DNA of 64,000 nucleotides, taken from NCBI RefSeq assembly GCF_009914755.1, contig NC_060926.1, one strand, 5' to 3'. Both the position numbers and the translations under genes were made by a program. The notes beneath the pieces were generated by a model. The model saw only the letters and a list, made by a program, of their open reading frames with translations. It searched no databases and had not been told where the DNA came from. The stretch comes from the human T2T-CHM13v2.0 reference genome, Homo sapiens. This document shows positions 40,789 to 55,310 of this stretch, piece after piece; positions within the stretch are counted from its first letter, which is position 1, and each line of letters opens with the position of its first letter.

Positions 40789-42808
40789 CTGTAAAAGAAA
40801 ATACAAGGATATTGCCGGTTTAGGACAGAAATTATTTTATTTAAAATGTTAAGTCTTTCTCATTTTTAATTGGGTAAACTTACATATAGATTTTTTTGCC
40901 TAATTCTTTAGTAGGTTATTCTTGCAGCTTGGTGTTGATAATCTCAGGCAGGTAACTTCTTATCAGATCAGTCTTGGTTCCCCGCACCCACCCCAAGTAG
41001 GTGAGCAAGTATTATACATGACTGTCATCACCATGCAACATGGCTTTAAAAATTTTTAGTGGCTCCTGCATGGAATACAAAACTGGTGATTTTAGCTTAT
41101 AAAAGTAAAAGTGAAATTATGTTTCCTTTTTTCTTCAAGTCTTATTTTAGTGTTGACATGTGCTTTTTTACTATCTATAATTGCTGCTTCTACTTGTCTT
41201 ACTCTCTTCCTTCCAACACCACACACATTCCTCCCCGTCCTTTTTTTTTTGAGGAGGGGTATCTCAGCTTTTTCCTCTCTGCTCTCCAGCTCTACTTTTC
41301 CTACCTGGTTTTGCCCTTTGGTCTGCGTTCCTAGGCCTGTTTTGCTTCTTCCTCTCTGTTCTGTCATTATATCAACTGGTTAAAATATAAACTGGTCTGT
41401 GTGTGTCTGTGCCCGGTGCACCCATTATGCTAGGTTTGTGTGTCTAGTCTTAATTTTTTTAAATGAAAAAGCACATTATGGATCCTTTCTCTGATAAGAA
41501 AAAATAAATATAAAACTGCTTGTATTTTATGTGAGTCTCATTAACCTTGTTTTCTAAGTTGTTAATTTTTAACTAGAAAGAAGTTTCTATTATGAATTGG
41601 CTTATCTTCTGAGGAAGAGAGAGATTAAACAACCTCTCTAAGGCACACAGCTGGAATGTGGCAGAGAGGGAACTCAAGTACAAGCAGCCTGACTCCAGAT
41701 TAGGGCTCCTAACCACTCTGCTTTGCTCATGGAGTGATTTATTTAGATATCTCAATATGACACTTTTAAGGGGCATTTAGGAAAAAATGCTCAGGTATTA
41801 ATAATATGACAGAATGTTAATAGCCTTCCTTTTATGAATGCCTCACTCTCTGCTCAGAAGATAACATTTATGTGTACACTGAATATGTGAAATGGAAAAT
41901 AGTTCAATCATTTTATATAATTCACAGAAAAGCATGTTTTGATACACTCTTGTTTGTTTCCAGATGACTATTAGGGATGGTCAGAATACTTTGAAATATT
42001 ATGTCTACCCTCAGCTCTACCTGGAAGGATGAACTTCATAAATAGATACACAACATTAAACATCACAGTGAAAAGTAAAATTCAGCCAAACGTTGGATTT
42101 TTCAAAATAAAATGTAAAAATATTATATAAACAACTCTTTTTAAAAATATCTTATCAGAATGTTTGGCATTACGTAGACGTAGTACCAATAATATTTTGG
42201 GTAAAATACAAATATTCCTTGAGAGTAAGTGCAAATGAGCATCTGTAGTGAACTGAATAATTATTTAATTGTTTTCATTAGAAGAGTTCAGTATTTCTCT
42301 TTAGTAATATGAATCATAAATATTGGCAAAATTCTCAAAAATTGACCAATCAACACATTGCAAATTAAATTCACTGGATGAAAAATAAGCACAATAGACA
42401 TTGTAATTTACAAATAAATATATTTTAAGACATTAAAGTTATTCATTGTTACTTCTTAATTTTAAATTGTTTAAACCACCTACACAAAAGATGGAATACT
42501 TTTCCAATAAATTAGATTTGCTTTAAATATAGTTCTTTATATTTTCTAAATTTAAAATGTGCTGTCTGACATCAGTGTATCTACCTTAAAAAAGAAAAAG
42601 GAAGAATATATTTAGTTAATACTCATCAACTATTTAATCATCGGTTCTCACAAACTAATGATTCAAACACAGTTCACTCTAGCATCACCATTAAGTAAAC
42701 CAGAAGAAACTAAAGATGAATACCGTAATTAAGAACTTTGCCAAGTAGACAGTAGATTATGCAGGCAACAAGGTACATTTCTATGCCCATTTAAAATGTA
42801 AAAATTAC

Positions 42809-42915
42809 CTTTCCAAGCTTTGCTATATTTCGGTACAAGGATAAAGGCAGAGTAAAGGTAACTGTGGAAAGTCCAATAATGAAGTGGCGACCAATAAACA
42901 CGTTTTCAGGATCAA
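42809..42915 (-). CDS. SLC38A11: SLC38A11 exon 6 (VDPENVFIGRHFIIGLSTVTFTLPLSLYRNIAKLGK), 107 nt
   Basis: Acceptor TTTTAG|TT, donor AAG|GTAATT; LPLSLxRxIxKL motif of SLC38 proteins. Confidence 0.95.
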
Positions 42916-43587
42916 CTAAAACACAATAAATATTATTAAATGTTACAGGTATAAGTAACACATTGGTGACACACTAAATAGGCCAGCATTTAATTATAAA
43001 AATTACTTAAACATAAATACTACCTCAATGACAATAATTTTGAGTTAATACTCTCCATAAAAACATATAAACATAAAAATAAATCACAAAAATACAAACA
43101 CAAAAAAATTTCAGGATGACTTATACTTGAAATGATGTTATAATATTTCACATTGAAATTATTTTACTAGCCTCCTTGACAGTTTTCATGCTTCTGCCTT
43201 CTTTTGTCTTCTTAGAGTACACTCTTAATCCAGAAACTACAGAATTCCTTTTCTAAGGTAAAAAACATTATGTCACTCCCTGCCCAAAACTCTTTAATGA
43301 CAAAACCCTTCAGGTAGAAAGTAAGCTATAGGAGGATGATGCATTTTCTAAGGTTTTTTTTTTTTTTTTCTATACGCAAGAGACTTGGACACTAATACTC
43401 TAACAAAATTTCAAAAAGATTTAGATAAAAATATTTAATATATTTCTCTACTTTTGTCAAGAAAAAAGTGGTTTCCCTGAATGGCAGAAGCAACATATTG
43501 GATAGAGAAGAAGTCACAGGGAAGCTGCTGCAACTGGTAGACACTGCAGATTCTTGGCTATATGGTCAAATACAAATAGAAAATTTT

Positions 43588-43640
43588 ATATATATATATA
43601 TATATCACATATATAATTATATGTGTTGTGTGTATAATCA
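43588..43640 (+). repeat. (TA)n microsatellite
   Basis: tatatatatatatatatat followed by TA/TG-rich sequence. Confidence 0.8.
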
Positions 43641-44023
43641 CACATAAACAGAAGTTTTAAACATGAAATGAAACATACAAGGATTTATATATTTTAAAAG
43701 CTCTGCTAATTAAAATAGTCATTTAAGGAGCTATATATCTATTTCAATGAAGACGCTATTGTTTAAATTTTTAGCTCATATTAAATTTCACTCAGAGATC
43801 ATATCATTATATTGTTACGATGTCTTCAGTGGTACCAAGTCATTGTGCATCAATTTCTGCACAGTCTAAAGTCTATAAAGATCCAGTCTTAAATAAGTGA
43901 ATGATTGTGGTAAGAAAATAAAAGCTATTATCCTAAACAATGACACTGCTTTTCTTAGATGGCTAATAAACCTACAAGAAAGTTTCAAGAAAGAAATTTC
44001 AAAATGACATAAATTTTTACCAC

Positions 44024-44140
44024 ATATATGTATTATATATATGATTATTAGATTATTAGTATTTTCTATATATGTAGTGTATATATATGTATATGATGTA
44101 TATATATATGTGTATGTGTGTGTATATATATTATATATGT
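44024..44140 (+). repeat. Compound (TA)n/(TG)n low-complexity repeat
   Basis: atatatgtattatatatatg...tatatatatgtgtatgtgtgtgtatatata. Confidence 0.8.
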
Positions 44141-45514
44141 GGAATGGAATATTTAATTTTTAATACTAATGGAATAGTTGAAATCAGCCATAACTAAATA
44201 GTCATTATAAAATTAAGAATTAAAATAACAAAACAGGAAAATCAATTCCAAAATCCATGCACTCACTATTTACATATTTGTGGTGAATATAATTTGAACC
44301 AAATTATTTGTGTATCTATTTCTATTTACCCTTTAAACGTTTTGCTTCACTGGGAAGTTGCTAAGGGCTAGATAAACGCTGACACAGAGTGCTATGATCA
44401 ACAGGTAGGAGCCTAATAACTGAGGATCCCATTTGCATAAAGGATGTTTTTCACTAATGCTCTAATGATGAGATCTATTACCTATATGGATCTATCAAAA
44501 ATGCACCCAAGTATGCATTTTAAATGTTTAAACAACAGTAACGAAAGGTGAAAATTGAAATTTTTGAAAATAAAATTTTTGAAAAAATTTAAAAGCATGT
44601 GAACATGCTATTTTTTATACCAACATTTCTTGTTACTTTGACTTATATCAAGAGCCAAGGTTTTGGCTACCAGAGAAAAGTATAAGCAATTGTCTACTTG
44701 TCAATTTAAGACATTAGTGATGTATTTCAGAATAAAAATAGAGCTTTGGTAAGAATTTTATAGTATCCACTTCTAAAAATACTCTGGCATAATATGGTGC
44801 CTCACAAGATATACAAACAGAATGAACATTATAAACTGTCACACCCCAAAATGGTGAAGATGCTGTAAGAATAAAGTTGTGTTCTTTGCCATATGAACTA
44901 CATTTTTAAAAAGTCATTTTTGATTATTACAAAATTGATAACCAGGAAGAGGGCTTCAAAGGACCATTAGCCTTTTCTATAATATTTTATTTTTATGAAG
45001 AGCGTTATTCATACATTCTTTGTATAATTAAAAATTAATAAAAATTAACAATCAAAATGTTTCTATCAAGGAAAGGTAAATTAATTATGGTCACTCTAAC
45101 TGTACAGTAGGTACTGTACAGAATACTGAACTTCCATTAAAGCATATATATATATTTACGTTTTGATATGAGAATATGTTCTTAAAATATTACTAAGAGA
45201 AAGAAGCATGTTATAGAACAAGTTGTATGATGTTATATTATTCTTACGAATATCTGAAATTACATGTATTCTTAAAACTCTGAAAGCATAAAAAGGAAAA
45301 AGGAAGGAAGGAAGAGGAAAAACAGGAGGGGGCTGAAAGGATGGTTTCCACCCGATTGTCTCAAGAAGAGATTATTAGTATTTTCTGTTTTCTCCACTGG
45401 GCTTGTCTGTGTTTTCTAATATTTTTCAAATAAATCGGCGCTACTTTTCGAATAGGAAAATACAGTAATAAAATATATTTTTAAATTAGTAATTCTCTTT
45501 TGAAAAACCTTGGA

Positions 45515-45800
45515 GGCCAGGTGAGATGGCTCATGTCTATAATCCCAACACTTTGGGAGGCTGAGGTGGGCAGATCGTTTGAGCTCAGGAGTTCGAGACA
45601 AGCCTGGACAACATAGCAAAACCCCATCTCTACAAAACCGGGCGTGGTGGTGTGCACCTGCAATCCGAGCTACTTGGGAGGCTGAGGTGGGAGGATCACC
45701 TGAGCCCGGGAGGTCAGGAATGCAGTGAGCCAATTATGCCACTGCACTCTAGCCTGGGTGACAGAGTGAGACTCTGTCTCAAAAAAAAAAAAAAAACAAA
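45515..45800 (+). mobile_element. Alu (AluJ-like)
   Basis: Dimer with short linker and poly-A; TSD-like gaaaaacctt. Confidence 0.93.
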
Positions 45801-46109
45801 AACAGAGAGAAAAGAGAGAAGGAAAGAAAAACCCTTAAGAAAAACCTTGAAAAATAACAAAGAAAACCCCCCACAAAAATCCCATGAATCTCATGATTAA
45901 AAGATAACCGCAGTTTATATGTAAATGTATTTCTTTCTTATTTTTTCTTACTTGTATATGCCAATAGAAAATTTACATAATTTAGATTATATTCTGTGTC
46001 TTATATTCTGACCACTTTCCTTAGCATTCTACCCACTCGTGTGGCCTCAGCTTATGCATTCATGCTTTGGAGTTTGGGGGCTGGCACAGAAGCTACAGAC
46101 AGTTCGGGG

Positions 46110-46350
46110 TAACAATAATAATAGCTAATAGTACTGGGTAAGTCTACTGTGTGCTAGGAACTACCTGTCTCACCTCTTTTGCTTCACACAACTATTCTAT
46201 GAAGCAGATGATATTCTGATTCATAATTTAGAGGTGAGGAAACTGGAACTCGGAGAGGACAACTAACCTTCTCAAGGTCACACAGCTGGTCATTCGTGAG
46301 TCTGTGATTTGATAGCTATGTCTCCGTGATCTCAAGTTCCACTAAACCCT
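46110..46350 (-). mobile_element. MIR
   Basis: tttagaggtgaggaaactgga...cggagagg...ctcaaggtcacacagctgg. Confidence 0.7.
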
Positions 46351-47007
46351 GTGTGAGGACTAGGTATGCTTTCTAGCTCTAGGTTTTGTTTCATTTTGTT
46401 TTGTATGTCTCTAGAATGAGTGATTCAAGCACTAAGAGGAAAGGTGTTTTTGCATCCATCTCCTCAACTGTAATAGCAACCATAGAGAGTTTCACAATGA
46501 AATGGGGATTATGTAGCTTGGATGAGAAGCTCTTCAAAGCAAAAAGACACATGATCTCTGAATTATTATAAAAACCATGACATAGTGAAAAGTTGAACAG
46601 GGAGTGGAGTTGTAGCAATATGTTGAAAAGGTCTGCTAGAGAATGTTCACACTGGCTTTTTGTAATTACCCTAAACTGGAAACGACACAAATGTCCCTGA
46701 ACTGGGTGATAGATACACTATTGTACATCCATAAAATGAAATGCTTCTCAGAAATAATTTGTTAAAAAGAGCAAACTACTGATATATTGAAAGACACAGC
46801 TGAATCTCAAATGCACCTTTCTAAACAAAAGAAGCCAGACTCAAAAAAGCTACATATGGTATGATGTCATTTACCTGGCATTCTGAAAAAAGCAAAACTG
46901 TAGGGAGAGAAATCTCATCAGGAGGTTGGAAGAGGGAGCTGGAGATTAGGATTTGACTACAAAGGGAAATGGGGAAAACTGGAGGGAGTGATGGAATTGT
47001 TTTGCAT

Positions 47008-47129
47008 TATTTTTATTATTTTTAGAGACAGAATCTCTCTATGTGGCTCACACTCCTGGGCTCAAGCAATCCTTCTGCTTCAGTCTCTGGAGTAGCTGGG
47101 ACTACAGGCACATGCTACTGTGCCTGGCT
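47008..47129 (-). mobile_element. Alu fragment (single arm, deleted)
   Basis: ttttagagacag...ctcctgggctcaagcaatcctt...gtagctgggactacaggc. Confidence 0.75.
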
Positions 47130-47200
47130 TGTCATTCTGTATTTTGATTGCAGCCATGCTTATATGACTATATGCCTTTGTCAAAACTCACAGAATATAG

Positions 47201-47541
<341 letters not shown>

Positions 47542-47917
47542 TAAATTATTCCTTAATACAAATAATGGGGAAAATAGTCTGCTTGCTTATTTAAGAAATC
47601 ACATAGTTTAAATAGTACATGAAGAAATGTTTGCCCAGAGAGCTGGTGATATGAAGCATAAAAAATTTAAAATATAAAGTATTCTAAGTATTTAAATAGT
47701 AACAACATTTTTTCAAACAGCTAAATAAGAACTAAATTATGTATAAAAGTAGACCAAAACTTTAAGATCAGAATGGATCATGGATATTGTGAGATACCTG
47801 AAGTAATCCAATAATTTCACTTTCAAATTTTTTATTTATAATTATGAACCATGTTAACTATAAATAACTATATAAAATAAATATATTTAAATCCTCACAA
47901 TTTTTATTTTGGCTTAC

Positions 47918-47983
47918 CTCCTGGGATTCTTTGAAAAACTTTGCTCAAAGTATCTCCAGCTATTATATTGTAACTTATCATTG
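47918..47983 (-). CDS. SLC38A11: SLC38A11 exon 5 (AMISYNIIAGDTLSKVFQRIPG), 66 nt, phase 1-1
   Basis: Acceptor TTTTTAG|CA, donor GGAG|GTAAGC; TM3 motif SYxxIxGD of the family. Confidence 0.93.
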
Positions 47984-48942
47984 CTAAAAACATAATTAAA
48001 ATAAGAGTCATCAATAAGCCATCTCATATTTCATCCTAAATATTTTGAAAGCAATCAGTTATTACTTCCCAAATATTGGCATAATCCTACTGCTTCAAAT
48101 GTATATTATGATTACCAGTTTGGACAACTTTAAAGATAACTGGACAAGAGATCTATGGTAGAGTATCAATTTGTATTAAAAAAAGATTTTCTCTTTATAA
48201 GTTGATTCATCTCAGAATACCTTTAAGTAGCAAGTTTTGGTAGTTATTAAAAATGCAATTTATTTTGTTGTTAAAGTTCAGTTTCCAAACCCCTTTTCAG
48301 GAACACGTGTGCTGCATAAAGTGAGGAATAATAATAGAAAAATTTGAAGACACTAATATATCCCCTCCATTAAAAAAGTAAGACTTTTTTGGGAAATATA
48401 TTCTTAGCCTTCTGTGGAGACATATGGAACTAGTGGTTTGAACAATACCTTCCATAGTACTGATTTTTAAAAATGAAGTCAATTTGGCCATTAGTGAACA
48501 TTAACATTTCATTTTTTAAGAAGTGCTAGGTGACATTCTCACCATTATGGTATAAACTTTAAATAGCACATTGGCCTAGTACACGGCTTCCACAAATCCT
48601 TTGCTTTTTTTTTTTTTTTTTAAAGTATTAAGCCTTATAAGAAATGTGTTATTTCTCTTGTTCACTCTTTATTCTAGGTCATTCAATTTTTTACCAAGTA
48701 CAGAAAGCCCAAACATTAACCTAGTGAAAATAACCCTCATTTTATTTAAAAGAAATAGTCAGAAAATAAATCAAAAGGACCAGAAAATAAGGGAGAAAAT
48801 GGTTAAAGAAGTAAACATTTCATTTGGGAAAGATTTCAACTGCTATAGTGATATTCTTTAATGACTATTAAAAGTATTTTATTCAGAAATGACCATATGC
48901 TTATGCACATAATTGCAATATTTATCTTCACAGTCAACTTAC

Positions 48943-49077
48943 CTATAAAAGGATACAAAAACTGAAGAACAGAGAGGAGCAGATACCCTGGAAAGCCGAA
49001 AGTTTTATTGACCAAAGACTGGTAGGTATCTGTTCCAGAGAGGGCCCCTCCTTTTATCAATAAAACAAGGGAAAAGT
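48943..49077 (-). CDS. SLC38A11: SLC38A11 exon 4 (DFSLVLLIKGGALSGTDTYQSLVNKTFGFPGYLLLSVLQFLYPFI), 135 nt, phase 1-1
   Basis: Acceptor TTCTTGCCACAG|AC, donor ATAG|GTAAGT; overlaps ORF 48836..49060. Confidence 0.95.
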
Positions 49078-49627
49078 CTGTGGCAAGAACATCAATTAAA
49101 TGTCAGATTACATGTAATACAAATATTTTTCATGTTTTAACTTAATTACCATCGAGAAAAGGGGAAATTTTAAAGAAGCATTTAATTTAATGCTGCAGTA
49201 TTAGCAGAGCCAGGCTAACTTTCTTTTCATAAAACATTACCTTTTATTAAACAGTAATGTTTCCAGTTACATATTTTTCAATCAAGATGCAAATATATAC
49301 TTAACATACCCATGCAAAGAACAGGACAGAAAAGAAAACAGACTCGAGTCAAACTGCCAGTGTTCCATTTTACTTTCCTGATGTAACCAATGCAGCAAAT
49401 ATTATCAGGTTGAGGCTCAATTGTCAAGGAATAGGATGTAGGTAATCAAATATTTCATAAGTATTCAGTGTGTGAAGACTGAGAATTAAAGGTGTGGTAG
49501 CATGTAGAAAACAATACATTTAGGAGAGTCAGAGAATTTGTTTTATAATATAATAAAATTAGTAACTTTATTTTATAGTTATTATGGTTAAGAAAGAGAC
49601 ACTCTGAAATTTTGCTGTTGAAATTTA

Positions 49628-49960
<333 letters not shown>

Positions 49961-50461
49961 TTAGAGATAGATATATACAGAAATTATATAATGAAAAGTC
50001 AGTTGCCCTCATTGTTTTCATTTAACTCAATGGTTTTTACGGAAAGACACTGCAGTTTTATTTGGTACACAGCTACACACACAATGTGAGATACTTGTTC
50101 TCTTTTTTCTCTTTCTCATTTTTATCCATTAAGTAATATGGAAATGCATTAAAATGCAAGCCATTGCAATATGGTTTCCCCCTGATTCCCATATCAGTGA
50201 AACTTCTTTCAACAGGATCATCAATGATCTCCAAGTTGATAAATCCAGTTGATACCTCCTAGATCTTACTCTTATCTGCTCTTTCGGAACACTGTTTCTC
50301 GTTGTCGTTGTTGATCATTCCTTTTATTCTCAACCATTCTCCTTTGGCCTTTGTGACATCTCTTTCTTGTGGTTTTCTTCCTGCTGTTTTGGTCATTTAT
50401 ACTCAATTTTTCACCAGTTTCTTTTACTCTGCTCAAGTCCTGGATTCTTGGACTTTTTTAT

Positions 50462-50464
<3 letters not shown>

Positions 50465-50493
<29 letters not shown>

Positions 50494-50775
50494 GAGATAG
50501 AGTCTTGCTCTGTCGCCCAGATTGGAGTGCAGTGGTGCCATCCTGGCTCACTGCAACTTCCGCCTCCTGGGTTCAAATGATTTTCCTGCCTCAGCTTCCT
50601 GATCAGTTGGGATTGCAGGTGCCCACCACCATGCCTGGCTAATTTTTGTATTTTTAGCAGAGACGGGGTTTTGCCACGTTGGCCAAGATGGTCTCGAACT
50701 CCTGACCTCAAGTGATCCACCCGCCTAGGCCTCCCAAATTGCTGGGATTACAGGCGTAAGCTACCGCGCCTGGCC
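50465..50775 (-). mobile_element. Alu (AluS-like) within L2-like sequence
   Basis: Long poly-T plus full dimer. Confidence 0.95.
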
Positions 50776-51429
50776 TTTTTTCTCACCCTTCAAGATGTAC
50801 TAGTGTGATCTCACTTATGCTGTGGTTGCAATTTTCATTTAGATGTTAGTAACCTCTAAATTTGTGTTTCCAGCTCAGACCCCCTTCAAAACTTCAGACT
50901 TCTACAGCCAGCTGCCTAATAAATATTTTGCTTTGAAGATCTCATAGGCATCTTAATTTTAAAATATATAAATTCTAATTTGGTTATTGGTTCTGGAATT
51001 TGATTCTCTATCCATATTTCTCCAATCTGTAATTAGTATCAACAGAAACTTGAGAATTTCCCCAGACTTATCTTATTAATCATTAAATTATTTCATTACT
51101 TTCTATATTCCTGTGGTTACTAAGTCTATTAACTATTGCATCAGAAATATTCAAATGTAGCCCCTAATTTGTAATCTTAACTTGCCTTATGGTAGAGCTT
51201 TGGCCTTCATAATTTCTTGTCTGGAGTACTGCAATAACCCCCTAATAGTTCTTTTACCCACCAATCTGGCCCCCAACAAAGACACCTTTGATTTCTCCTT
51301 CCTACCAAGACATTCTCAACATTCTCCCTCCACCAGGTGGATCTGGCCATTGATTATCATAAATCTAATTTTGCCTTCTGCTTAAAATATTTCAGGGAGA
51401 CCCATTAATGCCTTTGGATAAAAATTATT

Positions 51430-52020
51430 TATTAGCTGTGTGACTTTGGGTGAAAGATTTGAGCTCATCTGTAAAGTAAGGCAATATGGCACCTTTGAAG
51501 AGTGGTGTGAGGATTATGGTGTTTAATGTCCACCACAATGCCTACTGTCTTATAGAAGCTGAGTGGGAACTAACGCTATTTCTACTTATTTTTGACAAGC
51601 TGCACGTGACAGTGGGAAAAGTATTGTATTTGGAGTCAGATAATAATGATAACAACCACAAACTACTAGCAAATGCTTACACAATGCTTTTCTGTGTGGT
51701 AGGTCTTTTTCCAAATACTTTACAAATACTAATTATTTTTAATCTTCACAACAACCAGAGGTAGGTGCTGGTTATCATGCCCATTTAACAGATGAGAAAA
51801 GTGAGGCATGAAGGTTAAGTAAATTGATCTCTACAGAAGTATTAAAAGAATCAGGACTTATGCCGTAGTAGTCTGGCCTCAGAATCCACGAGCTTAATTA
51901 AAATCCCAACTCTGTTGCCAGTAACTTCAGACCTTGCCTAAGTCATTTTAACCTACTGAAGTCTCAATTTTCTCCTCCAAAAAAGTAAAACATGAACACC
52001 TACCTCAGAAAGATTTCACA
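51430..52020. mobile_element. Cluster of MIR remnants
   Basis: ttattagctgtgtgactttggg; cccatttaacagatgagaaaagtgaggc; aagtcatttaacct...tctcaattttctc. Confidence 0.65.
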
Positions 52021-52569
52021 TTACGACTGCATTATGCTCAGCATCTAGCTCAGGAAGTGGTAATGATTATCATTACATGAGAGGCTTCCTATCTGCCTTT
52101 GCAAACCTCTCCAACTTCCCCTCTCTCCATTTGCAAACACCAACCCTACACTTTAGCCAGACTAAATCACTTGTTCAGTTGCATTTTGCATTCCCACATT
52201 TCCATCTGCTTCCATTTTCTCTGCTAACTCACTTTTTTTTTTTTTTTTCCATAAATACTCAGAGGAAGTATCTCCTCCTCCCTAGAACATTCCTGCTCTT
52301 TTGAGGCTAGGTTAAATGCCAGTCTCTGTCATCATGTACATATTTTTATTATGGTATTTTTTATAAAGTGGTATAATTATTTTTTTTTTCTGCTTGACAC
52401 ACTATATTGTGACCTTCAAAAAGGCAGGGATAATGTTCCTCATTGCTATAGCTGGCATACTGGTGATCGGTATATATTTGCTGAATAAATCAATGATCAC
52501 TATAGCAGGATTGCTATATGTTTACCCATCGGATTCTAGTAATGTGATAAATGACCTAATAAATATATT

Positions 52570-52899
52570 TTTATTTATTTAATTTAATTAATTAATTTAT
52601 TTATTGTTGAGACTGAGTCTCGCTCTGTTGCCCAGGCTGGAGTGGAGTGGTGAAATCTCAGCTCACTGCAACCTCTGCCTCCTGGGTTCAAGCGATTCTC
52701 CTGCCTCAGCCGCTTCAGCTTCCTGAGTAGCTGAGACTACAGACACGAGCCACCACATCCAGTTAATTTTTGTATTTTTAGTAGAGACAGGGTTTCACCC
52801 TATTGGCCAGGCTGGTCTCGAATTTCTGACCTCAAGTGATCCACGTGCCTCGGCCTCTCAAAGTGCTGGGATTACAGGGGTGAACCACCGTGCCCAGTC
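52570..52899 (-). mobile_element. Alu (AluSx-like) with a small internal duplication (gcctcagcc/gcttcagct)
   Basis: (TTTA)n tail plus dimer. Confidence 0.94.
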
Positions 52900-55009
52900 C
52901 TAAGAAGTATTAACAGATTTTAAAATATCCTGCAAACACAAAGGAGATATCAATAAATTCTACTTCCTTTGCTTAAAATTAGGAACTGCTTCACAAAAAA
53001 GTTGAATAATGCCTTGAAGGAAGAACAAGATTTCACCAGGTAGAGAAGAAAAGGAATGTCAGGCAGGAGGACTATCAATGGGAAGATGGTGTGAAAGCTT
53101 ATTCTCTCTCCCTGGGTAACAGAATTCTCCATGATGGCTGAGAACGTCTGCATGTGACTGTTGGTCACAGAGTGAGAGAGCAGTTAGAATAATTGGAATG
53201 AGACTAAAAATGCAGCCAAACTATGAAGGAATTTAAATGCAATATTTTGTTGTTGTTGTTGTTGTTGTCCTTACAGAGTCTCGGAATGTTTTGATTGTGG
53301 AGTTTATAGAGTTCAGGCTGAAGTTTTATAAAAATAACTTGCAGCAGCATGGAGGACTGATGAGAAAGTAGACAGATGCTGGAAGCAGGAAAACTGAACA
53401 GCAGGTCACTGGCCAAGGAGAATCAAAGAGCTAGATGCTGAGAATAATGCAGCCATAACGTGAAATCTTTTTGAGGTAGGTGTTCATGTTTTACTTTTTT
53501 GGAGGAGAAAATTTGGACTTCAGTAGGTTAAAACGGCTTAGCCAAGGTCTGAAGTTACTGGCAACAGAGTTGGCATTGATTCTCCTCCTTGATTCTCATT
53601 GATTCTCATATAATTTATATACAATTTATATACTTATGTCACAGAGAGGAGGCAACCAATTTCAGAGATGGTATGAAGGCTTGCTGAAGAAGGGTATGGT
53701 TGGGATGAGAACACTGAGCATTTTATAAAAGTTCACAATGATCACTTAAAGGTAAAGATGTGTTAAGAATTTAGTCAATAATAAATGTAAATGCTTCCAT
53801 TTGCTTATAAAATACAGGCTACAAATATATTCCCTTAAAAGTTTTAGGTATCTTAGGTATTAATCACTATAATATTTTGATCTCCCTTTGAATATATTGT
53901 ATGCAACCTTTTTAAAAATTCATGAATGAATCTGTTACTTAACAAAAGAATTTTCTTTTAAATAATTTTGTATGCTCAGACAATAAAAATTATTTTATGT
54001 TAATCAACAAATTTGAAAATCTTAAAGCAAATTAGAATTATTTGCTGTAAATTTTTATAATTCTTTTTGTTCCCCAACATTTCACAACATGAAAACAGAA
54101 CTTAGAAAAACTTGCTGTTGAACTGAACATACCTCATTAGTGGCCTTAAAAGGCAAAATAATAATTCTAGAGGCAAACCACTGATTAATTATAGCTCCAA
54201 TCTAAAGAAAAATTCAACATTATACCCTACATGTAGATTTTGCTCTTAAAAGTCTAATTAAGAAAAAAAATGAATCAGCCTATATTTTTTTTCACTTTTA
54301 TGTGGTCATCCTTTATTTATCAGTTATTTAAGAATTTGGATCATGCAAGTAAATTTATGAGTTAGTAATTTCCACTAATAAGTAAATTTTCAATATGTGA
54401 ATTTGCAAAGGACTTCTCACAGTTATTGTTATAGGTTTATATATGGCATTAGTTGAAAAAGTTATTCACATTATAGTTTATTTATGTATAATATGACTTG
54501 GCTTTAGTATACTGTTCATTCTCATCAAGTCCTGAACTTGTATGCATATTTTTAAATGTTTTCTACCTACCTGTTTACAATGTATGTAAATGTTTACAAT
54601 GCACTTAAATAAACCATAGTGATTATGGTGGAAATCAATTATTTGTCAGTGCTGATGGGAAACAGGAAATTTAAGAATGACAGGGACAAATCCTTGAATG
54701 AAATTTTTTTTTTTAGTGTAATAAATGCCCCAATAAGTAGACTGCAATTTTTAAACACCAGCAACTCTTAATAAGCACACTTAGGTCTCATGCTGCTAAT
54801 TTATGGGTCTTAAGTTACAAATTAAGAGCTGTAATAACTAGAAGCAGTTTAGGTCTTAAGGGTGGAGGTGGTAGGAAGAAGGCAGGGAGCTCAATGCCTC
54901 TCTAGCTTTGAATTTGAAAACTATTTCATGCTTTACTCTCTCTTCGTCAGCCTGAGAAAAAATAGCTGAGTGTTGGGCAGGTCTTGGAAGCCTGAGGTTT
55001 TACGAGGGA

Positions 55010-55310
55010 TGGCATCTTGGAGGATCTCTAGAAGCAGAGCTGAGACAGACATTCTTGGGCAAGGGGTCTGTAGATGAAATGCTCCAGAAGAAGGGGAATG
55101 AGAGGACAGGGCAGGGGAAAGAGTTCAGCAAGTACTGCAGTGGTGGAGCCCTGGAGCTCCAACTGTACCACACATTGGTCCCCGTGGAGGCAAGGAGACC
55201 CCCTGGAGGCCCAGGGCAACACTCCAGAGCAAAGGGCAGCTGAGGTGTTTTGCACTAGCTGGTAAAAGGGCATCTAATCCACCACAGCAGCAACTCCTGT
55301 GAGTGGTGTC
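55010..55310 (-). mobile_element. Old ERVL-type LTR remnant (LTR16/LTR33-like)
   Basis: ctctagaagcagagctgagacag..attcttgggcaag resembles the reverse 3' end of these LTRs; subfamily uncertain. Confidence 0.45.

Noticed and set aside
51135-51143. Exact ATF4/C/EBP amino-acid response element (ATTGCATCA), as in SLC38A2 and CHOP
   Set aside because: Attractive for this family, but roughly one copy of this 9-mer is expected by chance in 64 kb of AT-rich DNA, and it sits in degenerate L2-like sequence 7 kb from the promoter. It needs ATF4 ChIP evidence.
51601-51610. CLEAR-like E-box GTCACGTG (minus strand)
   Set aside because: Single isolated motif among MIR remnants, far from the TSS.
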